A DNA stretch of 63,971 bases, counting the filler, from Stramenopiles sp. TOSAG23-6 (Eukaryota), in the NCBI GenBank assembly GCA_900128565.1. It is 3 parts of 3 records of this genome, joined end to end, with 100 filler letters (N's around TTAATTAATTAA, not from the genome) between each part and the next. Parts side by side here need not be neighbours in the genome. Positions count along the whole stretch, not along the records: positions 22,545 to 44,974 come from LT636015.1; positions 45,075 to 63,971 come from LT636058.1; 1 more part is not named here. One strand, written 5' to 3'. The notes beneath the pieces were generated by a model that saw only the letters and a list, made by a program, of their open reading frames with translations, made no database searches and had not been told where the DNA came from. The translations under genes and the position numbers were made by a program. Within the stretch, counting starts at the first letter, position 1. Each line of letters starts with the position of its first letter. Positions 43,634 to 54,500 of this stretch are shown piece by piece.

Positions 43634-44974
43634 TTATCGTTTTTTAGGTCGTATTGCTTTCTTAAATTTTCGAGATGTTCGTCTTTTTGTTCCTAATGAA
43701 AATCCTCCCCCACCAGATGGAGCAGAACTTCCAAAAGTCCCGGTACCAAATGGTGCAGTAGGGGCAGCAGCAGCAGCAGTACCAAATTGAAATGTTGTTG
43801 AAGTATTAACAGCAGCTGGAGTGCTTCCAAATGCCATTGGTGGTGCTTGTGTTGTGCCGAATGCTGGAGTAGCTGATGTTCCAAACGCTGCTGGAGGAAC
43901 ATTGGTATCCATTCCAGTTGACATTGAACTTGATGAAGCAGTAGAAGTACCAAATCCACTACCAAACCCACTAGAAGCAACTGGTGCAGTATTTGTAGAA
44001 GTACCAAATCCACTACCAAACCCACTAGAAACAACTGGTGCAGTATTTGTAGAAGTACCAAATCCACTACCGAATCCTGACTGTTGTGTTGTTGCTGGAG
44101 TCCCAAATGCTGGAGTGGTGCTACCAAATGCTGGTGCAGCTGAAGTAGAAGAAGAAGATGGGTTAGGATTTCCAAATGCTGGAGCAGCAGACGTAGAAGA
44201 AGTGCCAAAACCACTACCAAAACCTGAAGAACCTGATGTAGTTTGTGATGCTGGTGCTCCAAATGCAGGCACTATTGTTGAAGAACCACCAAATATAGGT
44301 GCCGCACTTCCAAATGCAGGTACAGAAGCTGAAGTAGACGATGCTGAACCAAAAGCGCTAGTGCTAGACGTTCCACTTGGAACTCCAAAAGTTGATGATG
44401 TAGAAGTAGAGCTATTTCCTGGGTTTGTCCCAAATCCGAAAGCTTGATTTGTTTTTGGTGTGGCAGTAGTTGCTGGAGTAGCCCCAAATTGAAATCCTGN
44501 AGCAGGAGCTGGAGCAGTCGCTGGTGCAGCTGTAGTACTATTAGCACCAAATGTAAACGCGTTTGATGAAGTAGCAGCTGCTGTTGCAGCCGGTGTGGCA
44601 GTAGTTGCTGGAGTAGCCCCAAATTGAAATCCTGTAGCAGGAGCTGGAGCAGTCGCTGGTGCAGCTGTAGTACTATTAGCACCAAATGTAAACGCGTTTG
44701 ATGAAGTAGCAGCTGCTGTTGCAGCCGGTGTGGCAGTAGTTGCTGGAGTAGCCCCAAATTGAAATCCTGTAGCAGGAGCTGGAGCAGTCGCTGGTGCAGC
44801 TGTAGTACTATTAGCACCAAATGTAAACGCGTTTGATGAAGTAGCAGCTGCTGTTGCAGCCGGTGTGGCAGTAGTTGCTGGAGTAGCCCCAAATTGAAAT
44901 CCTGTAGCAGGAGCTGGAGCAGTCGCTGGTGCAGCTGTAGTACTATTAGCACCAAATGTAAACGCGTTTGATGA
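43634..44974 (-). CDS. C-terminal part of an FG-repeat nucleoporin (Nup153/Nup1-like)
   Basis: FTFG/FQFG/PAFG/SGFG repeats; basic tail KRRTSRKFKKAIRPKKR; 135-nt perfect tandem repeats ~44457-44974; 5' end in gap. Confidence 0.8.
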   Translation of the reverse strand, partial: SSNAFTFGANSTTAAPATAPAPATGFQFGATPATTATPAATAAATSSNAFTFGANSTTAAPATAPAPATGFQFGATPATTATPAATAAATSSNAFTFGANSTTAAPATAPAPATGFQFGATPATTATPAATAAATSSNAFTFGANSTTAAPATAPAPAXGFQFGATPATTATPKTNQAFGFGTNPGNSSTSTSSTFGVPSGTSSTSAFGSASSTSASVPAFGSAAPIFGGSSTIVPAFGAPASQTTSGSSGFGSGFGTSSTSAAPAFGNPNPSSSSTSAAPAFGSTTPAFGTPATTQQSGFGSGFGTSTNTAPVVSSGFGSGFGTSTNTAPVASSGFGSGFGTSTASSSSMSTGMDTNVPPAAFGTSATPAFGTTQAPPMAFGSTPAAVNTSTTFQFGTAAAAAPTAPFGTGTFGSSAPSGGGGFSLGTKRRTSRKFKKAIRPKKR

Positions 44975-45074
44975 NNNNNNNNNNNNNNNNNNNNNNNNNN
45001 NNNNNNNNNNNNNNNNNNTTAATTAATTAANNNNNNNNNNNNNNNNNNNNNNNNNNNNNNNNNNNNNNNNNNNN
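44975..45074. other. Artificial assembly linker
   Basis: 44N-TTAATTAATTAA-44N. Confidence 0.95.
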
Positions 45075-45246
45075 TAAATGTAATAAAGATAATTTCATAT
45101 AAATGTAATAAAGATAATTTCATATAAATGTAATAAAGATAATTTCATATAAGTACAATTTAACAAGATATAATGTAGCGAAAACGAAACACTTCAAACC
45201 CTAAACCTAAGAAATGAAAGTACAATTTAACAAGATATAATGTAGC
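45075..45246. repeat. 25-nt x3 tandem repeat plus a 29-nt duplication flanking a spacer with AAACCCTAAACCTAA
   Basis: TAAATGTAATAAAGATAATTTCATA x3; 45151-45179 = 45218-45246. Confidence 0.8.
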
Positions 45247-45394
45247 ATATATTTATACTTATATATATAGATATACTTATGAGTAATTGAAAATAATAAA
45301 GTAAAAGTAGAAAATATTTTAAAAATATACGAATTTGAATTTCCAATATTTTTTTTATACTTTTTAATAAAATGTTGCTTTTTCAATATACTCT

Positions 45395-46540
45395 TTAATA
45401 AAATGTTGCTTTTCCAACCCGCGTCGGAGTTGCTTCTTGCATGTCAGAACGATTATCAGATAATTTAAAAGCATTCTTTGATAATGCACATGTATTGTAA
45501 AAAAATATTACAAGATTTTTGTCATTAGGTACAAAATTTCGTACGAAAAAAAAATAGGCAAAAAAAAAATAAAAACGTACATCTAGTTGCAAGACAAAAG
45601 CATAACTTTGAAAGTATTTCAAACATATGATATACCCCATTATGATTGATTCCTTCAACACCATCAAACGGCAAAATACAACCATGTGCAGTGAAAAAAT
45701 ATTTTCGAAAAATAATCGTTTGGTACAAAATTTTCTATGAAAAAAACATCTAGGTAAAAAAAATTAAAATAAAAAACGTACATTTGTTTCTGCTAAAAGA
45801 GAACCACATGTCGGAGCTAATAAACCTTGAATAAGACAACCAACAAAAGATAATAATGCACCTAAACAAATCAACTTTCTTGCTGTTGGTGTTCCCCATG
45901 ATACAACTGGGCGACAACAGTTACAAAAGAAAGATAGAAATATCGTAATAAATAACGAAAAATTTAAAAAGACTCCTAGGTAACCTACAACATAAAAGAG
46001 ATCATACTGTAAAAAATTAGGCAAAATTTTCTCCGACAATACACTATACCCAACAAAAAACAATGAAAGAACTTGTCCCATGATAAACATAAAAGAATAT
46101 AGTCGACGACTCATACAAGCAGACATTAGAAATACAATAATACACAATTGACCAACAGATATTCCTTGAAAACACATTGCAACTTTCCATACAATGTCAT
46201 ACTTTTCACGAGCACCTTCAGGACAACGGATACCATTAACTATTTTTCCTCGTATAACTATCTTTCCAGGACACTCTCGATGATAATATATATGATGACA
46301 AAGACCTGCAGCTAGAAAACTAAGGGCAAAAGTACAAAGAAAAGAAGTAAGCAGGTTATACAAAGTACTTTGCGTTGGTTGAAGAGAAAAAAAACGACGG
46401 AAGCTATTGATTCCCTTTGAAGGAGGCTTACAAAAGTTTAGTAAAAGTGCTGCAAGACAAATAGCAGAGACAATATAGTTGGTGAGCCATGTTGATGTTG
46501 CTTTATCCGTGCCAAATGTATACAACAAACGACCAGGCAT
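45395..46540 (-). CDS. Multi-pass membrane protein, 3 exons (46540-45782, 45683-45581, 45489-45395)
   Basis: About 7 hydrophobic helices; GLCHH and INHNGVYH His motifs; frames join ETN-GCILP and ATR-CALS. Confidence 0.75.
45490..45580 (-). other. Non-canonical intron GT...AT (91 nt; mirror copy 63466-63556 +)
   Basis: AT|GTACGT...GTACCTAAT...AATACAT|GT. Confidence 0.75.
45684..45781 (-). other. Non-canonical intron GT...AT (98 nt; mirror copy 63265-63362 +)
   Basis: AT|GTACGT...GTACCAAAC...TGCACAT|G. Confidence 0.75.
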
Positions 46541-46917
46541 ATTATTATTTTAGTAAAATAAGAATAGCGATGATTGTTTGTTTGTTTTGTTTTTATGAAA
46601 AAATTTAAATTCTTTTTTTGGGAGCGAGCGAAACTTTCTTGAAAAAGCGAAAGAAAATAAAATTGAGTACCCGGTAACAGTTTAAACTCGCTCTCAAGTT
46701 TTTTAAAAAGTCCTCTTCCTTCCTTCGTTCTTCGTCGTCGTCTTTGTCGTCACGTATCTTCTTGCGGTTTGTTGGTAATTATATTACGGATTATACTAAT
46801 ACGTACCGGGTGGAAGGCATACTTCCTATTGTATTGGATACTACAAAGGCAGTACAGGTACTACTACACCTCTTGATTTACTTATAATTATATCACTTTG
46901 TTGCTCACTAAAAACAA

Positions 46918-47982
46918 ATGGTAAACATGAAAAAGCTTATCAACACTTTAGTGGTTTTTGTTGCTGCAATTGAAGAAGGTGTTGCTGCCAAGTGTCAGTG
47001 TAATGATTTGGGTTATTTGGTTCAATTGTATATTAATCGACTTAGTGACAGAGACAGACGAGAGAGACGATTGGGTGAGGTCAAAATGTCGGATTTGGAG
47101 AACTTGATTTTGGAAACCTGTACTGCTGAGTGTCACTATTCTGAATATTTTAAAGATTTATTATTAGAAACATTTTCTCATAGTGATTTCCGAATAAAAG
47201 AATGGCGCTACCGTCATCAACATTATTTAAATTGTAGTATTTTTGAGCTAATAAAAATATGCGAAAATGGATACGAGCTCCAACTACAAGCCAATTGTAC
47301 TCATAAGCAGGACGGCGACTACTGTATAATAGAAGGAGAAACCTGTTTCAAAGTACATTGTGACAAAAAACCCCAATATTGCAAGGATACATCTATTGAC
47401 AGCAAATATCACGTTGAAACACCTAAGTGTCCCGATGGAAAAATAGATGAGACTTGTGAGTATGATTGTGTTGAGTATTATACAAAGAATGACCCGGACT
47501 GGAACATTAAATGCTTTGCAAAGGATCATTTAGATGGGGATTGGAAATGGGTCAAAGACGGTAACAAAACAAAACTAACGGATGCCAACTATGATTTGTT
47601 GTGTAAATATAATTGTGAAAATGAAAAGGGCTTTAACAAAAACGACCTAAAGATTGAAAAGAATAAACTAATACCAAAACTTGCAACAACAGAAGTTACA
47701 GATTGTGCAGCTAAAATTAATAAAAACGCTAATGATGCATTTACAGGTTTTAATGATTCATTGGATGAAATCCAGAAAAAAACACAAAACCTTTCAACTG
47801 ATGAGATAAACGTAGTTCAAAACATCAAAAATGATATTACTACGATAATGACTGTGACGGATATTCCACTTAAATATTGTCCTGCCTCATCAAATAATGC
47901 AAATATATTTGGCTTGGTTGTTACTGTCATGGTTCTTGTAATTTACCCGTTATATTTTACTTGTTATGACATTTTTAGATAA
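46918..47982 (+). CDS. Cys-rich secreted/surface protein with C-terminal hydrophobic anchor
   Basis: Signal-like N-terminus, many Cys, C-terminal TM. Confidence 0.7.
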   Translation: MVNMKKLINTLVVFVAAIEEGVAAKCQCNDLGYLVQLYINRLSDRDRRERRLGEVKMSDLENLILETCTAECHYSEYFKDLLLETFSHSDFRIKEWRYRHQHYLNCSIFELIKICENGYELQLQANCTHKQDGDYCIIEGETCFKVHCDKKPQYCKDTSIDSKYHVETPKCPDGKIDETCEYDCVEYYTKNDPDWNIKCFAKDHLDGDWKWVKDGNKTKLTDANYDLLCKYNCENEKGFNKNDLKIEKNKLIPKLATTEVTDCAAKINKNANDAFTGFNDSLDEIQKKTQNLSTDEINVVQNIKNDITTIMTVTDIPLKYCPASSNNANIFGLVVTVMVLVIYPLYFTCYDIFR

Positions 47983-48045
47983 CTTGCGTTGGTGTTAACA
48001 TCTTGAAATTGAGAAATAATAAACAATACATTGAGATGTATACTC

Positions 48046-48171
48046 TCACAAACTAAATATATCTTGTCACAAACTAAATATATTTTGTCACAAACTAAAT
48101 ATATCTTGTCCCAAACTAAATATATCTTGTCACAAACTAAATATATCTTGTCACAAACTGAATATATTTTG
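48046..48171. repeat. 21-nt tandem repeat x6 (TCACAAACTAAATATATCTTG)
   Basis: Read directly; mirror copy near 60875-61000. Confidence 0.9.
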
Positions 48172-48603
48172 TAGAGTTTGACATTCAGTCACTTGACTCG
48201 CGATAAGATTCAAATACTTCCAGTTGTTTGATGTGTTGACAAATACCTAAAATTCAAATATTGTTCAATATAGTTATTGTATTGAAAGAGTCAACATCTG
48301 TATATTTCAAATGGAGTCCAACATAATTTTGCATTCAGGGAATCTACTCAATATCCTCCTTACTTTACTTTTCCTTCTTATTTTAATTTCATCATAAGAC
48401 TTGTTCAAGAAAAGCCAACTTTTTTTATTTGATAATTATTTACTAATTTTTTACAGCACTAAAAATACAATAATTTTATTTTTAATAAAAAAAAAGACTT
48501 GAACTTTTATATACAATAGTATCAATATATGTGACTTGTATTTCATACACAATAGTATCATTATAAAATGTACTATAGAAAGACTTGAAAAAATATTAAA
48601 AAT

Positions 48604-49723
48604 CTATGTAGCAATATAACTTGGTACGGTAATGTCAACATCACTTATATCTTTAGGTACTTGAAAGTCTTTGTCAACTGGAGATATTTCCGCAACTCGA
48701 CGGAATATTTCTCCCATGCCAGAGTCATACCCATTGTTTGCTCTAACGGTGCACATTGTAGAATATTCATATTCATCCTGGTAGTATACCCCTTGAATAT
48801 TCGATACGCGACCTGGATTTGGTTTCCCAGCAGTACTGGCAACTGCAGAAATATTAGCAGTAGCATTGTGTTCATTGGAAGGTACATCAAAGAACATACT
48901 CAAAATAATATGTATTTTGGAAAAATATTTCAAAAAAAAATCGTTAGGTACAACATTTCGTACGAAAAAAATCGAAATTGAAAAAAAATAAAACATATAT
49001 AACCATTGTCAGATAATGTTGCTCCAATTAAATGTCCGTTTGAATCACATCGTAATTCCGCGGCGTCTCTTCTTAGCGTAGTAGTTCTGCCTCCTCCAAA
49101 TGGCTGAAAGAAAGGCTCGTCCAACTTCTTTTCATTGTCACATGGATGAATTTTGGGGAAATATTTCAAAAAAAAATTGTTAGGTACAAAATTTCCTACT
49201 AAAATTAATTTTGAAATTCATGATAACGTACATTTCCCATAACTACAAAGTGATACACACGAGGTCCATCTTTTGTCGTCACACATTTTGTATCAACATG
49301 GAGAAAATCCTGTGTATCACAAACACATGGCCAACAGCAATAATGCATAAAACCAAGACGATTACTACCTTTCGAACCAACTAAAGGAAGACGTAATAAA
49401 TATCTATTGTAGTCATTGGGAAATACAGGTGAACCTGAGACGGCACAAAACCCAGAAAACATTTGTAATAGTTTTTTATGAGACATCTGAGATGATCTGT
49501 TTAACAAAAATGATGCCCAAAGATGTGATGCAGCATTTCGATTGCCATACTTGAAGATTTTATTATATTCTCTGTGTAAGTACCTCACAGTCGACTTTTC
49601 ATTAGAACCAGTCCAGAATGACATTTTTCCATCTTTTCTTGTACACTTAGATGCTGCATTTGTATACTTCAACAACATGTATAGAAAAATATAAATAATC
49701 AAACATGCTTGTGTAGAAATCAT
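48604..49723 (-). CDS. Secreted Cys-containing hypothetical protein, 3 exons (49723-49232, 49145-48999, 48909-48604)
   Basis: Signal peptide; FCAVSGSP and CCWPCVCD; joins MGN-PCDN and DNGY-IILS. Confidence 0.75.
48910..48998 (-). other. Non-canonical intron AT...AT (89 nt; mirror copy 60048-60136 +)
   Basis: AT|ATATGTTTT...GTACCTAAC...AATACAT|A; same family with G1 to A. Confidence 0.7.
49146..49231 (-). other. Non-canonical intron GT...AT (86 nt; mirror copy 59815-59900 +)
   Basis: AT|GTACGT...GTACCTAAC...AATTCAT|C. Confidence 0.78.
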
Positions 49724-49973
49724 CTTTGAAAGTAATGGAATGTAAAGAATGATTCGAGATTCCCTTCTTCTTAATAGTCAAGTTGCGTAAAGTACGAAGG
49801 TCGAGGTGGAACACAAGCTAATTTGCTACCCAAAAAATTGAAAACGTTCCTGTGTCTTTTTGCATTCAAACAAAAAAGAGTAAAAAAAAGTAGGAACACA
49901 CACACAATCAATTTCTTTATATATATATTACTTTCAATAGAGTATACATTTAGACGGCTATAATTACGTTTCA

Positions 49974-51479
49974 ATGCCAGTGAAACAGCTACACCTTATC
50001 ACCGAGAAAGGTTTTTTTCGACGCTTCATTGTCTCTTTAGTTCTTCTCCTTTCATCTTGTTTGCTAGTGTACCTTCATTTACGTGAGGCTGCTGAAGACC
50101 TCTTTGAGGCAACAAAGTTAAAATTACTCAAATCTGCACACCGATATGCTTGGTGGTCTGCTATTAGCATTTTGTCATCCAGTTGTTGTATCATTCAACT
50201 CGGTTTAAATGCGCTAAACTTTGGTTGTGTTGGGTTTAATACTTATTTAGGTCCAGCTCGGCCTACTCTATTGGCAGCGTCACTCTTATTACAAGTATCC
50301 TGCTGGACAGTCGCATATTCAAGACCTTGGCTTTGGGTTCCGACAGCATGTTCTTCAACGTTATCAATGTTGCTTACATTTATGCCAGAAATGCTCGATA
50401 GATTTTCAAAGCAGGGTTCGCATACTCGTCATCTAGGTACCAACACAACCGGAAAAATAGCAAATGGAACAGCTGAAAAAATAGCAAATGGAACAGCTGA
50501 AAAAATAGCAACAGCCACGTACAAAATAGAGTCGCTGGGTTGTGCAAGTTGTGAGGCTACCATTAGACGTATATTGGATAATGATAATCGAATTGGGATG
50601 CATACTGTGAGTGCACGTACACAAAGTGCAGTGGTTTCTATTCTTGATATTGAAAAGATGAACTCAATTGCAAAAGAACTTTCTGTCACATTTGGATCCG
50701 CTGGATTTCCAGCTTCATTAGCCTCACTTTCTAGTAGTGCTACTAGCACCAACACGGATATCAATGTTGAAAACAAAATTAATGATCCAGTTGATGTATA
50801 TACCACAGAGGAAGAAAATAGTTTCAAGAAAAAAAATACAAGTTGGAGTGATGAATTTTTAGGTGCAATTGTCGGTGGTTTACTTGGCTCATCGTGTTGT
50901 ATACTTCAACTTGGGCTGAATATTCTCACATCATTTCATATTCTTCATGGAATTGGTTGTGCTGGATTTAATAAATATTTAGGTCCACTTCGACCATATC
51001 TTAGAACTTGTACGGTTATTTGGATGAGCTATTTATGGTTTCAACAACTGAAACCTGTATCTATTTCAGATACAAAAAATAATACAAAAAATAATACAAA
51101 AAATAATATAAAAAATAATACAAAAAATAGTGTTCGTCATCATCGCCGACTAACAGCTGCCACTCTTCTCTGTATTGTATTGACATTTCTACCAGAAATG
51201 CTTCTTTATCTTGGAGGGCCATCTCTGGCACCATCCGCTGTAGGTTCCGAAACTATTGAGCTCAATATTGATGGAATGGGTTGTGAAGCATGTCAGAATT
51301 ATGTAAAAGGAGTGATTGAAAACAATAGTGGTGTTCTTTCAGCAGACGTCAGTTTTATCACTGGATCTGCGTCCGTATGGATACAAAGATCCTGGAATTT
51401 TGATTTATTTGCAGTGAAAAAAAAGTTAGAAAATGATGGCTACAAAGTATCTACAAAAGAAAGTTCACTTGAAAAATAA
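49974..51479 (+). CDS. Heavy-metal protein with two tandem (MerT-like TM + HMA) units
   Basis: SSCC..QLGLN...GC.GFN.YLGP.RP occurs twice; HMA motifs SLGCASC and GMGCEAC. Confidence 0.78.
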   Translation: MPVKQLHLITEKGFFRRFIVSLVLLLSSCLLVYLHLREAAEDLFEATKLKLLKSAHRYAWWSAISILSSSCCIIQLGLNALNFGCVGFNTYLGPARPTLLAASLLLQVSCWTVAYSRPWLWVPTACSSTLSMLLTFMPEMLDRFSKQGSHTRHLGTNTTGKIANGTAEKIANGTAEKIATATYKIESLGCASCEATIRRILDNDNRIGMHTVSARTQSAVVSILDIEKMNSIAKELSVTFGSAGFPASLASLSSSATSTNTDINVENKINDPVDVYTTEEENSFKKKNTSWSDEFLGAIVGGLLGSSCCILQLGLNILTSFHILHGIGCAGFNKYLGPLRPYLRTCTVIWMSYLWFQQLKPVSISDTKNNTKNNTKNNIKNNTKNSVRHHRRLTAATLLCIVLTFLPEMLLYLGGPSLAPSAVGSETIELNIDGMGCEACQNYVKGVIENNSGVLSADVSFITGSASVWIQRSWNFDLFAVKKKLENDGYKVSTKESSLEK

Positions 51480-51506
51480 ATTTAAAAACATCAATCTTTA
51501 TTTATA

Positions 51507-54500
51507 TTATTGTATTTCGCGAATTTCCTCTGCTGTTTGTTTGATTTCATCCCAATCTTCCATGAGATTTTGAAGCGTATTAGAGCTTTTCTCTAAACTC
51601 ACTCTCAAATTAATGTCTAACGAATTTCGTATTTCTTTTAGTTCAGTTGACACCAACTCTACACATTGAGACATTCGTTGCACATTTGCCATCAGTTCAG
51701 CATCACCCTCCTCAGTATCAAGCGCCATCGACCCATTTACTGGAAACCAATCGATACGATTCTCGGTAATGCATTCACTAACAAACTGTTCGACGCCATT
51801 ATATTCACTATTATCTTTAGTTTTGATGTGTATCATATATTTTAGATAATCCCACATATTATGTTGCTCTTTGATATGTTGAGTAAAGTTAATTCCTTCG
51901 CGCTCAAACTTGTTTCGATCAATATTACATATAAAACAAACATTACTCATATCTTCATACTTTTCATTCTTTGCTTCACGTAAACTACCAAAAGTGTCGA
52001 TAATAATACCAAACACTACATTAAGTAATACAATATTAATTGCAACAAAAAATGACATATCAAAGAAAAATTGACGAGAAATCCAACGAGAATCGGTCAC
52101 CTCATATGATTCAATTATATCACCAACTCCGCCACCTGCACGAACACCCAAATTGGACATTGCAATATAGCAAGTCCATAAATATTCGCATTCATTGTTT
52201 TTCCATGATTCTGGCCATGCTTGGAAATTAATCATTGTAAAAATAAACAAGACAAACATCATTAATCGAAGTGTCATCAACAATTGTAATCTAGGATGAA
52301 CTACGGCCATGAGAACTGCTCTTGTTGTTGAATCTCGAACTACCACATCCAATAAATGCAATGTAAAGAAAAAGTAATTTCCAGCAACGCCTAATGCAGC
52401 CATTACAGCATACCATAGGTAGTATAAAACGGGTGTCTTTAGTAAAACTAAAATGATGTTATCTAATTTTTCAAATTCTGGTGGAACTTTTACTGCAACA
52501 AACAAGAGAAATATGAAAAAGGATGCACACATTTGAATAATACCCAACATTTGTATCAACGTTTCGACTCGAGAATCTGTTAATCCCCACAAATCTCCTA
52601 AAGTATTTTGTACAGATAATTTTGGTACCAAAGCAGTTCCCTCACTTGACGAATCATTTGGATTCTTGCAATCGTCTCCGCTGACACAAACACCATACTG
52701 ATAACTTAAGAGCAGGATTAAATTGATACATAATGCCAAGTAGTACGAAATCTCTTTTGCCAGATTAAGATTGCCACCCGAAAAAATATGATGCATTCCC
52801 CATTTTGACATGTTTGACAAATGATGCATTTCAGTGTATAAACCAACGGACATGTCGAGGAATCCTCTTAATTTCGTCTCTGCATTCGTTCTTTCTACAT
52901 TTTCAACAACCCAATCTTGTGAAACTTTGACTACATGATCATATAATTCAGGTGATGCAAAGAAAACTCTGTGTAATTTACCAATCCAAAAGATTTCTAC
53001 CGAACTCATTTTTGTATTTAGCCAACTCCAAACACGAGACCCTTCCACGTGTACTTGAAACCATTCTGTATTAAAATCTTTTAGCATCAAAAGTAGCGAA
53101 CCAACGTCACTTGCGCATTCCAAAACATTGTCTTTTCTTTCATCTGTTTCATCAGTAGAAATTTTACTATTTTCAATGAATAACGTTTCCTCGCGCATAA
53201 GTTTTAAATGAGCGAATATATTATTCATATTCAATGCACCAAGAATAGCATTGTGGATTATTTTATCTGTTCGACCTTCTAATAACCCGAGAAGTAATAA
53301 TATGATAGATCCATACGTTTCTTGGGACTTTTCCCAATGGTCGTCGTCATTATTATTATCATCACAGTCATCATCCATATCGAGTAAAATTTCAGTACTT
53401 GCTATTTGCACAGCTTTTGGAGTCTCCAATTCATCGTCCATCTTCTTTTCATCAATACTAAATTTTTCATCCAGATTTATCGTTACTTCATTTTCCAAGG
53501 GACTTATTCGTTTCACGTTTCTATTGTTAGTTTTATCATCAGACAATTTGGATGTTTTGGGCATTTTACCATTATTAATTATGTTTAATTTATACACTTC
53601 ATTCACCTTTTCAGTCATTTTTCGTTCATACATTGAGAGTATATAGTGAATTAATCTATTACATAAATCTAGTAGATTTGTATTACAAGCTAAATACTTT
53701 TGGTTTTCATAACAAGGCCCTTGAACAGACTCCACAAGAAAATCCATTATCTGAGCCAAGACTTCCATATTACTTTCATTAATATTACTACCAAGTCGGG
53801 CGGAATATTCCATGACAATACTAAATATATTAACCACAGTTTTGTTATTAGGCTGCTCGCGGAGAATATCCTGATTCTTAGTATAATGCCCTTCCATCAG
53901 TAGTCGTAACATTTCCAATAACTCAATGTTTTGCTCATTCGTAAATGTGAAAGTTTTCTCACCAGGTACCATTTGTGGCTTTAGTTGTTCCATAATTCCA
54001 TAAAAGAATGATTCACTATTACCTGAGTTTAGATACTCCCAAACACGAGATTGTGCTTCAACGTTTCCGCCACCATCACCATGCTCAACAAGAATAGCAG
54101 TAGCTACTTTACCTGCCAAGTACCTTACATCTGGGGGTAAGCCCATCGAAATAAGATCAATACAAATATCGAGAGCACCGACATTTACTGCTTGATCTTG
54201 TAGTATATCCCTATCCTTTGAAAGTTCTGTTCCACAAGAATCTATGTACGTTAACAATAATTGTAGCCCTCCTTTGGTTTCTGACTCGGCTATTGCTATT
54301 TCTTCTTCATCAACTCCAAGCACCTTGTGATATTGTTTATTACCAGAAACTAAACGGCGTCTTATTAACCATACTACTCGATGCAATATGTTGGCTACAT
54401 TCACAGTTTCATTTTCATTGTTCTTTTTCTTTATACGTTCGACAAGTTGACCAAGTTCCTTTTCAATATTCTCTTTGATAATACCAGAATTTGGCAATAA

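Noticed and set aside
43693-44955. Alternative-frame ORFs (Leu/Gln-rich 44272-44955, 43693-44262, 43821-44447)
   Set aside because: Shadows of the repetitive nucleoporin frame.
48046-48171. CRISPR-like array
   Set aside because: Head-to-tail 21-mers with no spacers and no cas genes; eukaryotic minisatellite.
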